Origin: Catajapyx aquilonaris
Taxonomy: Eukaryota
Assembly: GCA_000934665.2 (NCBI GenBank)
Contig: KZ538342.1
Coordinates: 1-64,000 of the forward strand
Length of the DNA stretch: 64,000 nucleotides
Direction: 5' to 3'
Both the position numbers and the translations under genes were made by a program. This document shows positions 52,569 through 64,000 of this stretch, piece by piece. The notes below the pieces were generated by a model. That model had not been told where the DNA came from. It did not search any database and saw only the letters and a program-made list of their open reading frames with translations. How positions within the stretch are numbered: the stretch's first letter is position 1; each line of letters begins with the position of its first letter.

Positions 52569-55500
52569 TAAGATGCACTGTGGCTAAAGTAGTTCCTTAT
52601 TGTTTCATCGAGGAAACTACAGCTACAACAGAAAACAACAGTAACAGTGCAATAACAAATGGCCAATGTACGAATTCTACAAAAAAATCCAATTATTAGT
52701 TAAATTTTTAGCTCAAATTTTGTGTGCGGAATCAGGCGCGGACTAGCAAAATTATTCATCCAAATTTTCAGAAAAAAAAAAACTTGAATGAAAAAAATGA
52801 GCAGAAAACAGTCACATTATAGGCTACGTGATCTATTTCCGAGACACTTCTCCAAATTGGCAATAACTCTCGATTGTTTCTGTCCCCCACTGGCCCTGTA
52901 TATATAACTACAATGGGGGAGTTTCGCGCAGGCAAAAGTAGCTTTTACCTCAGGGAGGGCTATAAGAGCGATTTGCAGGCCACTGCATGAAATGACCAGC
53001 CGACCGGCCATAAATCTTGCCTAATATGCCTTCGGAGCACAGGTGAAAGCTCGGGGCTTTGGGCCATAATTTAGGAAATGAGCCTAACAGATGGCTTATT
53101 GGCCCGAAGGGCTGGGAAAGTGTGACCAGCGGGAAACACCCAGGGAATAGTCCGATCCCGCTGAAACGCTTCCCAATATCTGGGGAAACTCCCTGGGCGA
53201 GCTCCATTTCGCATAAATGATGAAGGAAAAGGGTATTAGAGGGAGAGACTGCTTTGGCGAAACGGGAGCTCGGGAATGGGAGTTGCCAAAGCTTTGGGGG
53301 AAGTGCCGGAGCGGCTGCAATAATCCTCGAAAATTCCCCCTTTCGAATAAACAACGGGAGGTTGCGAGCGGTTGCGAGATTGGAAACGGGGCAAAGAGGG
53401 CCTATATTGCCTCGTGGCCAAGATGGCGCCCCACAAAATGCATTACCAATTGCCGCTTTCAGAATTCCCGAGAGGTTTCTGCGAAAAAAAGAGGAGGGGA
53501 ATGTAATGCCTGAATGTAATGCCAAAAACTGCAGACGCCTAGGCCTATATGGTTTAAAAAAATTATTTTGCAATTTTAACGGCTCCCCATGTGATTTACG
53601 AGACTATTCAGTAGCCCCCCTTTGTGGCCACATCATTGTCGACCCTCCTCTTCAACCAAAGGGGCACGTTCTACCAATGGTTACACCACTTGTGGAGTTG
53701 CCCTCCACAAGAAAAGAAGACCTCCGGAGTTGTAGCTCAATTTTAGAAAACGCCCTTTTCTTTTTTCAAATGTGTATATGTTAGTGTCTCATCCCCCTGT
53801 TGCAGCTGCTGGTTGACCAGGGGCGGTTGCTCCTCCCGAAGGTATCGACAGACAATGGTCTCCCGTCGAGAGGGGTCAACCACGGGCACATTTTTCAATC
53901 ATGCTTACTTAATTTGGATGCCTCTGCCTCCACTCCAGGGGTTGTCCAGGGGCAAAGGGAGAGGGGGAAATTATGCGTGACGGCCACTGGAGTTAGCTCG
54001 CTTTCAGAGAAATCCCAAGTGGACTTGGTCCCCCAATTATAACCTGCTCAATAATGACAACTGCGCACTTCTTTTGGGAAAGCAAATGTGTGGCGGGTTG
54101 CGGATCTGGCTGGATACAGGGTGCTGCCCCCTGTATTATTGAAGCGGACTAATGAAAAACGGGCTAGGGTAGGGCGGACGCTTTTTGTGTGGGTGTGGAC
54201 TCGTATACCCAACCCAGCTAATCATTCCGTCGCCGGATTATGATGATTTGGAGGCAGAGGCGCCTCATCACCGGCCTGTCATTTCCTGCTCGGATATTGA
54301 AGTCCCCCCCTCCATATTTTTTTATATTTTTTGCAGAGGGCTCATCTCATCTTTTTCAAAGCCTGCGATTCTGATTGGACTGCCATGGAGTCTGCAACGC
54401 CCTCTCGCGCTTCCGGAATTTTTTGCCACCTTATATTGTGGCCTGGCCTTCGAAATTGAATGGAGCAAAATGTGGTGCAATATCGTGACTTTTTTTTATA
54501 TAAATATATTTCAAGACTGTGCGTGGGTTGACATCGTCGCAACCCACCCCTGGAGACTCCAATATTATTCAAATTAACTGCAGTGATCTTGGGAAATGCA
54601 CGCGATGCCATTTGCAAGGGAAAAAAAGGGTATACCACTGTCTGCCTACATCCAGACACGAATGTCAGACTGGGATCTGATTAAATTGGATCGCGCAATT
54701 CTCGTGGAAAGCGTGGGGGGTTTGTTGTAAAGTGGGGAGAGATGTATCTGGATAGAGGGGAAAAAATACTATTAGTAGATACCTTTTTGCTGGGAGTTTT
54801 ATTGCTGGGAGACACGGATGGGTTTAATGAGATGGGGTTGGACATGCAAGGACATATGTCGAGACCACTTGTGTAATGCAGATTGTGACAGGCACGTGAT
54901 CGACTAATGTTTGTGAACCGAATATTCACCTGCTAACTGTGTTGAATATTGCATCCGATGGTGCGATTGGATCTTGCCTCACCCTGTAGTTGGATCCAGA
55001 TTTGAAGCTGCAAAAGTGCAGAGTTCACCTGCTATTGGTGGCTGAACGAGCAGCATCGAGGGGGGGGGGTGGACAGGCTCCGATAATAATTATTGGTTGA
55101 CGCAGTGCGATTACACAGCAGCACTCATTACCCAACTAATTAGCGAATTTCTGTTTTATTCTCATGAGATTGATCGGGTGCCATTTACAACTAATGGGAT
55201 TATGTGGTGCAGCGTGTCATCCAGTGCTCATCGAGCAGTAGGTGACAACTGCATTGACACCGTCCATTTCTCCGGCCATCCATTCGTCATGAAACATTGG
55301 GGGCGGTGTCGATGAGATACGCCCGATTTACCTCCGCCCGTAAAACGCCCGGGTTCGATATACATACATGGCACCCATACCAAAAGCGCTATCAAAACCG
55401 TTTTAAATTGCATGATTTACCTGCATATCCCAACCAAGATGGCAGCCCCATTTGTAAGCAGCGGGGATTACTCGCTTGGAAAGAATAGTCCATCACTTTT

Positions 55501-57620
55501 ATCGAAAGGATTCATCTGTTTGTTGCCTCCAACATACGCACTCAACAAAAATATCAGGTGTGTGCTGTCACACCCGGTATACCAAGGGCAATCAATCTGG
55601 GATTTAGCCTCTGATGGTGCTGTGTGCTGTGTATGAATATTCCGGTTACCCAGGTGTTTGGCCAGGAATTCTCACGATGACTTCTACCGCGGGTGGGCAA
55701 CCACCCTTTTGAAAAATAAGCAGGGGAGGGGACACTTTTTTCTCTCGGGCGGGAACTAGTGTCGCCTCTCACACCTTTCCCAGTGTCCTCTCCATCTGAT
55801 AATCGCCCACGGATCAAGTGGTGATGGATGCGAGTCCCACACGTGGGGGGTTCAGCGATGGTAACGGTCATGTTAAAGAGTGGACACTGAGGGATCCGCG
55901 CCTATTAGATGCTGACTTTTATGCTCCAATTGCTGTGTGTATGGGCAGATTCATCAGGGGCACAAACAGGAGCCATCTGCTCTGTCTTGGGGGTCCAGGT
56001 GAGGGCCTTTCTTAGGGAAGGGGGGTCAAAAAGGGACGGAAGACAGATAGGAACGCATCCATTTCAGGGGGGTCTCTGGCACCATTAACGCCTCGGCAAC
56101 AATGGGGGTTAGGGGCATGAAACAGCAGCTTATTGCCAACTGTCACCCTCTGGAGGACTCGGCTCAAGAATGGGGAATATCGGGCTTTAATAGACTGGGG
56201 GGTCCATCCATCACTCTTGGAGGGTCAACTCGGTGTCTCTATTGTGACCGGACTGGCAGATGACTCTTCAGCTCGGAAATCAGTTGGTTCACAACAAAGT
56301 GATCGACTATCGCGTGTGACTTCTCCATGGCCCTGCCGAAGCGAGCAGTTTTCAACAATGCAGATAATATGACGGCTGGATTTTATCAATTCAGCTACGA
56401 AACTGCTGCACTATAGAAATAAGTTGATGTGATTTTCAACCCCAAATATGAGCTAAATATTTTAACACGGTTAAGATATGTTAGACATTTAAAAGAAAAT
56501 AACATATTATGTGAGTGACATGCGAGTCAAATATTGAATTAAAAATCACTCCAAAATTGAATATTTGAATTTTGAGACGGTTGAGTGAAAAATAACTCAA
56601 ATAGACCCGAAACTCGTTATAAATTGGTACAAAAAAATAGAGGCCTCTATCTTTACGGCGATCGATCCCAGAAATCGTTATAATGTTGCCCTATTGCACT
56701 TGTTACGACACGTGTTTACGACCTTTATCAAGATTCTTCCATTTTGTCAATCCCATAAAACAGGACAGTCCCGAACAGTCCCAGAGCACTCTTATTGATA
56801 TGCCTCAGAGAATCCAAAAAAAGAGGAAGAGGCAAGACCACACCTGGCGAAGGTGTAATGAAAATTGGACGCTGCATTAAGCAAGTCTTCATCTGCGTTG
56901 TTAAATTGAGGGGTCAATTTCCTGCGATTAGGGATCGCCCAATCTTCCATTCTCATGCTACCAAATAACCTGTGGTAGGCCGCGTAATAGCCACAAAAGG
57001 CGGCGGCTTTCGAATCAGATGGCGCAATTTGGGATAATGAATTTTTTTCCCCCCCTCCTCCCTCTACCTCCAGAGGAATCGCTGAAGTTGTGACATATGC
57101 AGGAGAAACGCTTAAGACAGATCCTTTTGAGGAGATTACTTCCGAATCGGTAATATTACAGCAGGGAATTGAATCGGAAATGGGGACTGACTTTCCAGCA
57201 AAAGGGGAGTCGCGCGGGCCTATGCAAAATTAACAAGGCGTCTCTGCTGGATTTGTACGAGTGGAGCGGATCTGACGTCAATTTTCTCTACTTTTGTGTG
57301 CATTAGGCTTGAGAGATTTTAGGAAGAGGCTGTGTCTCGGGTCTTTTCCCAAAACCACTTTCAGTTATTTTAAGCCGATGATGACAAATCACGGCGCCGT
57401 AATGCTGCGGACAACCCTCTGGATTACATGATTCTAAGAAAGGAGGAAATACTGTAGCTGTGATCAGCAGACTGACAGTTGATTCTCATGTTATCATGGA
57501 ATCATCATGTGCAGTACATATGTTTGAAAACATTTTCAGTGAAAATTTCATGTCTGTGTAGGTAACATAATTTATCTCAATTGACGCGATTTTTGGAAAC
57601 AAATTAAAATAGCTTATGCT

Positions 57621-57679
57621 CTACTACTATACTACTACTACTACTACTACTACTACCAAGAGCTCTTGCTACTACTACT
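57621..57679. repeat. (TAC)n microsatellite interrupted by a 12-bp palindrome CAAGAGCTCTTG
   Basis: Directly visible. Confidence 0.85.
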
Positions 57680-60064
57680 GAATAATAAAAATAAAAATAA
57701 AGCGAATGAACGGTACTAATTGAATATAAGCAAAAAATGCAAATTCCTACATCCACTTAATGCAAATAATGCCTGAAAATTTTACACACAAAATATTTGC
57801 AGTAATGCTTGCAAAAACTTACCGAATCATCTTGGACCCTACGACGCAGAAATTCCGCTATGCCACATGGCTCCTCACAAATACTCGATTCAAAATAGCA
57901 TATCTTAATGCCTCTTCCAGCACACTTCTGCATCCGTATTTGTTTACCATCTTCTTCTTCTTTTTTTTTCATTCCGTAAAAGTGGAATATAAATTTGTGG
58001 AGGGGAAATGGGCGTGAAAGTCTGGTAGGAAAAGTCTGGCATGTAGGGGGCTGCACCTAATCAGGCGGCCAATTACAGGTCCTGGGGCATGATAAGGAAT
58101 AGCGGGGGCCTGTAATGGCTTGCTTGCACCCAGGCCGCCCTGTAATACTGGGTCCAGAGAGGGTTACTTCCGACGCAGCCTGTGGTTAGGTGTGGTAATT
58201 AGCCGACACAGGCGCCGCCAAGTGTTTTTTTTTACACATATATACGTAAGTCAACCCTCTTTTTCCCGCTTCATCGCGGTTCCAAAAACCAGTATTGCGC
58301 TTCCTACACCAAGTCATAATTATGACCCCCACTCCAGGAGATGAACCGTGATCCCTCAGGAGCCACCCCTTCTCCTGAGGGAACATCCTGGATTGCTCCA
58401 AATCAATTTGCGACATGTGACATGTAGCGTGTATCACTCTATAGTCTGAGAAAGGATTGCATTGTACCCCCTCCTGCACATCATGTCCTGAAGCAGTTAA
58501 GGTTTGCGTTTTTTGTTACGTCCGCTTCTTTTTCCCCTGCAAACGTTCCACTTCAAGCAATAGTGTGGTTGACGCTCATTCCGTACTCTTTCTAATTAGA
58601 ATTTCAGCTGCTCTTTACACCCCTACTATATATTGCGTGGAGTGTGCAAAAAGACGCACGCTAAGTATAGCATCTGCATGAATATGATGGCAAAACGCGA
58701 TAAAACATTTCGGATGACAAATAGTTCGAATTTGGCGCGCTACCTTCACGTTACGTCAATCCCGTTACGTAATTAATGTACTCCCCTCTGAAGGTACCGA
58801 TATTGCGAATTAATTTGAATATCCGCTTCGAGGCGGTACGGACTTGTCTTATTACACGCTCCTGTCCAATAACGAGGTTTATAATTACATGAGGCGAGGA
58901 CCTGGCTGCCAACACGTGCCACCCCCCCCCCCCCCNCCCCTTCCTAGAATCCATAATAATGGACACATCCCCGCGTCACACGTCGACCTTTAGGGGGGGC
59001 CTTAATTAGGTGAGCTCCTAAGCCGGATTAAGACGCTCCTAGAAGCCGCGAATGTAATGCCCGCGTATTAAAAATGGATCCGTTTGCAACCCGTCCCTTT
59101 GGCGACCCCAGCTTTGGCATGCATGCTGTCCCCAAAGTTAATTGGCTCCATGATTAGCATAGCGGGGAAACCCCCACAAAGTCCCCGATGAACCGACGAT
59201 GAATAAATTAGGCGTTTCAATTAAATTTATGCGGGGAGGGGCCCACCTCGTCGATCAGGCGTCGTGCCTAGTGGGCCCCCGGACCCAGGGCCCAAGGAGG
59301 ACCCAGGCGATGGATGGATGTCTCATCGCCGTAATGAAACGGAAGAGGAAGGTAATTAAGGGACATGCAGCCGACGACGACTCTCGGATTGCACCCACGG
59401 GCATGCTCGAATTTAAGCCCGGATTCGGAGGGAACTGAGCCTAATCCTTGCTCTACAGGCCAAGAACGCACTTTCGGCACGATCTCCTGATACTTATGAT
59501 GGACCACCACAATACTGTTTCATCGCAATTTAATTTAATTTAAATTTAACATGGCATTGGTGAGAATGGCAACTGTGAAGAACTGTTAATATATGAGCTG
59601 ACTGGCTAGGTCCATTAGATGAGAGTGACGAAGTGATGACATGAGAAGGAGCATAACTGGGGGCCCACACAAAAACGTGTAATCGGATGGATTCCCAGGA
59701 AGCTTTGGGATGAATGGAGGGTCCGGCACAAGGGAAATGTCTCGCTGTCCTTACATGGCGGCGCCGTGTCCATTACTGGGGAGGGAGTAAGTCCTCGAAG
59801 TGTGAAGTGGCTTGTTTAACTCTTTTAGCGTCATTACAAGTGGCGGTGGAGTCAACGAGTCGACGGTGTGGAGATAGGACCTACTAAAAGCCTGTCCATA
59901 GCTTCGCAGACGTGTGGCTGACAAACTGCAGGCCTCCTTGCCACACACACACACACCAGTGTTATCAGGTCTGCCTTTTTTTGGAATCCTCCAAAAGTAA
60001 GCCATCTGCTAAAAGGAGGGGTAAATGATATAAATATAGGCAAGGCCAGTCAAGTTGGAGGCAA

Positions 60065-62423
60065 GAGAATTGATTTTAGCACTTTATTTCCACGATTGGC
60101 ATATTTTTTAAGGATGAAAATAGACAGTATTGCGGTGTATTGTCTATGTGAACTGACTTTAGGTCAAGCTTGTACTTGGGGTGGAAGTTTGTAAAATGAC
60201 TAACGTGCAATATGTTTGAAGGCACAGGCAATAAGATACTGTAGCATATTGTGTTTTTGTTCAGTAAATTAAAAGACACCAAGTGATCAGTGACATACAG
60301 TAAATGCCAGGCCAAGTATGTATGACTCAATTCTCCTCTTGATGTTCAATGGCCCATCATCACCACTTTTGCAAGGCAAGATTCCATCATTTACCATAGT
60401 AAGGTGTATCTATGATTCTATGGTGCATAAATGTCTACTAAAACATTGAATGCAAAGTGCTACTTGCCTGCTGGTTAATTTCACCTCATATGGTTGAAGA
60501 CCTTATTGACCATTTTACCCAATCCACACCTGATCTCTCCTTCACATGACTACTGAATGTCACTGATTTTAAAGCAGAACATGATAAAATTGTAACATAA
60601 ATGCCAACTGATACGTTCCTATGATGACAAAACACACACGCACAACCTATGTAATACTTGACGACAATGGGGAGGGGGATTCGGTTGCCAGGTTGACAAA
60701 TGACTTGTGAGTGGAGCAGTCATAAGAGCTAGAATTTAATGTGATGTACTTTATGGACAGCCTCTTGCTATTAGCCACTTCCTTCACAAATTAGGAAAAT
60801 GTCGTTCAACATTTTTGCTTTGGTCCTTCCCACACAAAATCAAGGGTCAGAAATCAGTCCCACTATTTTTACAATAACTTCCACCGTTTCATGTCCCAAC
60901 AATGAAGAATCTCACTCTTAAGTTTCACCAGACTAGCTGTTCTTATGAATCACAACCTACTTCATAAAAATTAACGTCATTTAAATTATTAAAATGTATC
61001 TAATTTTAATACTGAAGAAATGCAAAAATTATACCACACAATACTTAAATTTGCATGACAAATACATACGTATTTTAAAATACTTCGCTTATGACTTTTA
61101 TAATGCAGTCTAGTTGCCAGCTTGAAGAAATAGCTCTGTTCACAACTATCCAACTCATGTTCAGCACATTAGCTGCTCATGAAACATTTAACTTAATCAC
61201 AACTAATTACCGACATAAATAGTACTACTATAATTTACGAACACATCAGTAAATACATGCGAGTCAATACTGATAATTGAAGATAATAATTTCATCTCAT
61301 AACTTCTCATGCTACCTGCTTAACATCGTCCAATTTACAGGTATTACCAACATTATGTTTCCCTAGTAAGGGAGAATAGTTGAGAGAATAGTAATCTGGC
61401 TCTTGGACTATGCCTACTGTTTTAGGCTATTCAGCCATTTCTGGCTGGATTTGCATAACAAGAAAGTGAGAGTTGAGCACATGACAGCCAGTTGAGTGCA
61501 GTCACAATTCACAGCTTTTGTTTGGCACAACTGGGTCACAATTTGACTTATGCATCACTGTGAACTATTTGCACCTGTACTAAAACTATTAGCCTCAACA
61601 TTTGACACAATTTGCATTATTTTAGCACATGGATTAGTGAGGTACCGTACAACTTGTGCAACTCCTCTGTGGGAACCAGCTTAAGGATAGGCCCACTGTC
61701 AGTGCTTCCTATGCCAAATAGTGCAGGGAATGCATGTGCTTGACATCATGCTTAAGGTTCAGCATGCCTACTTCCTGCATGCCACTGCGGCTGTGGTACC
61801 ATGCTAGGTGAAATATTTTAATGCGAGGATACATAAGAATACCCATGAGATTGCCTACAGGAATACCATGTCACCGTAGGTGATTTTTGTTCTTCTCTAA
61901 TACTGATCAGACGATAAGAATCCAATTCATGACTTGCTTTTACTCTTTTGCTATTGCAAGTGAATATTTCAAAATTCCAGTTTGTTGTATTACCCTCATC
62001 AACTTAAGTCATTACACTCTATTGAATGTACAGGTAGTCCTTGGTCTACGAACGGGGTTATGTTTCTGAAAATGTCCATAAGTCGGATTTGTACGTAACT
62101 CGAATCCCTAAGGAACAGTGCATGTATGCAGAGGAAAGATGCTGCATCAACGAACTGCTTACATCATGTGTTTGTTTACAATCGCGGAAGAACGTAGTTT
62201 CCCAATTATTTATTATGAATTATACAGTATTTATGATGGTGTTGGTCAATGTATGTAGAAGTGATTTAAAGTTGAGGAATAATTATAAATTATCCATATG
62301 GAGAGCTTTGGGAGCCCGTTTGTAAGTACGGATCGCCGTAAGTCGGGTCGTTCATAAACCAGGGACTTCCTGCAGTTTGATACCCTTCAAAGTAACATGG
62401 GAAACACTGCTGCACCTCACATA
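60065..62423 (-). other. Probable 3' UTR of the SNX20/21-like gene
   Basis: Uniform AT-rich, CpG-poor stretch after the stop codon. It ends near a minus-strand AATAAA (plus TTTATT 60083-60088), after which composition switches to GC/CpG-richer blocks. The end point is inferred. Confidence 0.45.
62031..62372. mobile_element. Tigger/pogo-type MITE (342 bp) just downstream of the SNX stop codon
   Basis: TA|CAGGTAGTCCTTGGTCTACGAACG versus the reverse complement of the right end, CAGGAAGTCCCTGGTTTATGAACG (24 bp, 4 mismatches). Subterminal GTAAGTCGG/GTAACTCG motifs are typical of Tigger-like elements. The right flank is CA rather than TA. Confidence 0.75.
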
Positions 62424-63101
62424 TTAACAGAAAACCTTTTTGACCACATCCAACAGAGGCAATGCACTCTCAACCCTCATTCCTCTAGACTTGCATCTGC
62501 CTATAAGATGATTGACTTTTGCCCTGTCTTTCCCTGTCTCATCCCACAACTGGGCACAAACCTTTAGCAACGGCAGGTACATAGGGAGTAAATCAACGTC
62601 GCTTACTGCATCAAATCGATGCAGAGCTATCTCTGCATATTTTGCAGCAAGTGCAGTCTTGCGAGTCTCCACACAACAGGCCACAAGTGCACACAATGGC
62701 CTCAATACACGAGGGTGGCGATCACTTAACACCTTATTGAGCATGTGAAAAGAACGCTGAAGTGGTCCTATTGCCTCTGTGTATCGCCTCGATGCCATGC
62801 TGCTGCATGACTGATTGAGGTCATCACCATCAAGGAAATCGGAAAATGCAGGTGTGTTCATAAGCTGGTCATGTGAGCATATGAAGTACAGAAAGTCCTG
62901 GAAGCGGCGGCTACGATGGGACATGACGTCCATGCCATAGTTGCCCAGAATGACTTTGCGAGGAAAAGAGAAGCAGGCCACCTGTGATGGGTATAGGCTT
63001 CGAAGGGATTCATATAGCATGTGGAAGTGGGAGTAGCGGCGGTCAATCATACACGGTAGTGGGTCTGGAGCTGGCAGGCGGCTCACAGTCACCGTGTATG
63101 T
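62424..63101 (-). CDS. Snx21: Sorting nexin 20/21-like protein (PX domain plus helical PXB region), last coding exon
   Basis: Acceptor TGTTTATTGCAG|ACA at 63102/63101 (phase 0), 226 codons to TAA at 62426-62424. PX motifs are YTVTV...IDRRYSHFHMLYESL...FPRKVILGNY...HRSRRFQDFL...FSDFL, followed by a TPR-like helical region (YTEAIGPLQRSF...LCALVAC...AAKYAEIAL...YLPLLKVCAQLW...GKD) characteristic of SNX20/21. The track's first 21 aa are intronic. Confidence 0.88.
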   Translation of the reverse strand, partial: TYTVTVSRLPAPDPLPCMIDRRYSHFHMLYESLRSLYPSQVACFSFPRKVILGNYGMDVMSHRSRRFQDFLYFICSHDQLMNTPAFSDFLDGDDLNQSCSSMASRRYTEAIGPLQRSFHMLNKVLSDRHPRVLRPLCALVACCVETRKTALAAKYAEIALHRFDAVSDVDLLPMYLPLLKVCAQLWDETGKDRAKVNHLIGRCKSRGMRVESALPLLDVVKKVFC

Positions 63102-63169
63102 CTGCAATAAACAGTATATCAGAGCAGGCCCAATTGAACTCTTCATGTCAAGTGTGTCACACATGAAAA

Positions 63170-63295
63170 TCTACATCTACATCATTTTATTCAAGTAGGT
63201 CTATATAAGTCTGCAGCTTTCCAGCCATCCTCATAGTTGCCATTAAATCAATTTCCCGCATCCTTTTGGGACAGATGTTGGAAAGGAATATATTA
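63170..63295 (-). mobile_element. Probable 3' end of a non-LTR retroposon
   Basis: The minus strand reads ...CTTGAATAAAATGATGTAGATGTAGA, i.e. AATAAA followed by a short (GATGTA)n tail, as at LINE/SINE 3' ends. The 5' boundary is uncertain. Confidence 0.4.
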
Positions 63296-63384
63296 GTAGT
63301 GATTCAAGTTGACAATTTCTGGCAAAATTACGTGCTGCTCATTTATGGAAATTTCAAACCTCATGTACGGTATGGTATGGTCAC

Positions 63385-63468
63385 AATTGAAGGGTGCAGT
63401 GCAAGAGGGGCACGAGTCACGTGTATGTCCGTTTGACTCATGCCCCTTTTGCAGTGCACCCTTCAATT
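63385..63468. mobile_element. Short fold-back element (84 bp) in the SNX intron, probable collapsed MITE
   Basis: 35-bp arms AATTGAAGGGTGCA(G/C)TGCAA(G/A)AGGGGCA(C/T)GAGTCA with 3 mismatches and a 14-nt loop. The terminal AATT may be the TSD. Confidence 0.7.
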
Positions 63469-64000
63469 CCACTTCATATGTATTACAATCTTTGAAGTTT
63501 GATTATTTTTTAGTGTGTAAGTAATGACTTATTGAGTGGAGTGTCCTTGTCCCAGGGTTAGCACTTAACTTAAACAATCAAAAGTCTTATACATGAAGGA
63601 TCATATTTTGATGGTGGCATGGTGATCAATGTGATGACTATGATGTGTAGGGCTTCCTTTTTACAGGATTTTCCATAGCCTGCAGTCATCAGAACAAATG
63701 ATAATCTAAATTTCCATCGACTTGTCAATGCCAATTAAAAATTCGGCAATCCACACTTCAAGCTTGTAGTGATATTTCCACACTGCATGTGTCATCTGAG
63801 GCAGGAAGTGAGTCACACAAAAAAGTTTTCCTATCATGTTGAGGAAGGTCAAAAATAATGTAAACGAACCCTAAGCACACACATCTCTATAACCCAAAGC
63901 ACAAAGACATTTCAAATCTATAATGATTCTGAAATGAACTTCATGGCACTATAATTTTTACAACGTAGCAGTTTTGATAGCAGAACAATGCATAGCTGAG

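Noticed and set aside
52950..53784. Overlapping 207-aa (-) and 176-aa (+) ORFs
   Set aside because: No recognisable motifs on either strand; likely non-coding GC-rich sequence.
63102..63164. ATG start of the 246-aa SNX ORF
   Set aside because: It lies upstream of a good acceptor. The PX domain lacks its first strand, so real upstream exons are outside the window.

Overview
Eukaryotic animal genomic DNA, probably arthropod. That taxon call is inferred from the H15/midline-type T-box sequence and cannot be narrowed further from sequence alone. Two spliced protein-coding genes are supported, both on the minus strand. (1) The 5' part of a Tbx20 (H15/midline) T-box gene: coding exon 1 at 14105-13976, a 12.1 kb intron, and exon 2 at 1846-1522, which ends inside the T-box; the rest lies beyond the window start. 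(2) The last coding exon (63101-62424) and probable ~2.3 kb 3' UTR of a sorting nexin SNX20/21-like gene; its upstream exons lie beyond the window end. Between them is a ~46 kb interval with no credible coding sequence, alternating GC-rich blocks (candidate enhancers) with AT-rich blocks full of small non-autonomous transposons. These include a tRNA-derived SINE split by a 1 kb TIR element that itself carries a 50 bp palindrome, Tc1/mariner-, Tigger-, Harbinger- and possibly Sola-type MITEs, and many 34-300 bp near-perfect hairpins. Almost all other ORFs in the track look spurious. I found no strongly supported novel biological system. The best leads are a conserved junction-spanning peptide in Tbx20, the nested element, the density of fold-back hairpins, TE-donated poly(A) signals in the SNX gene, and a few candidate regulatory clusters.
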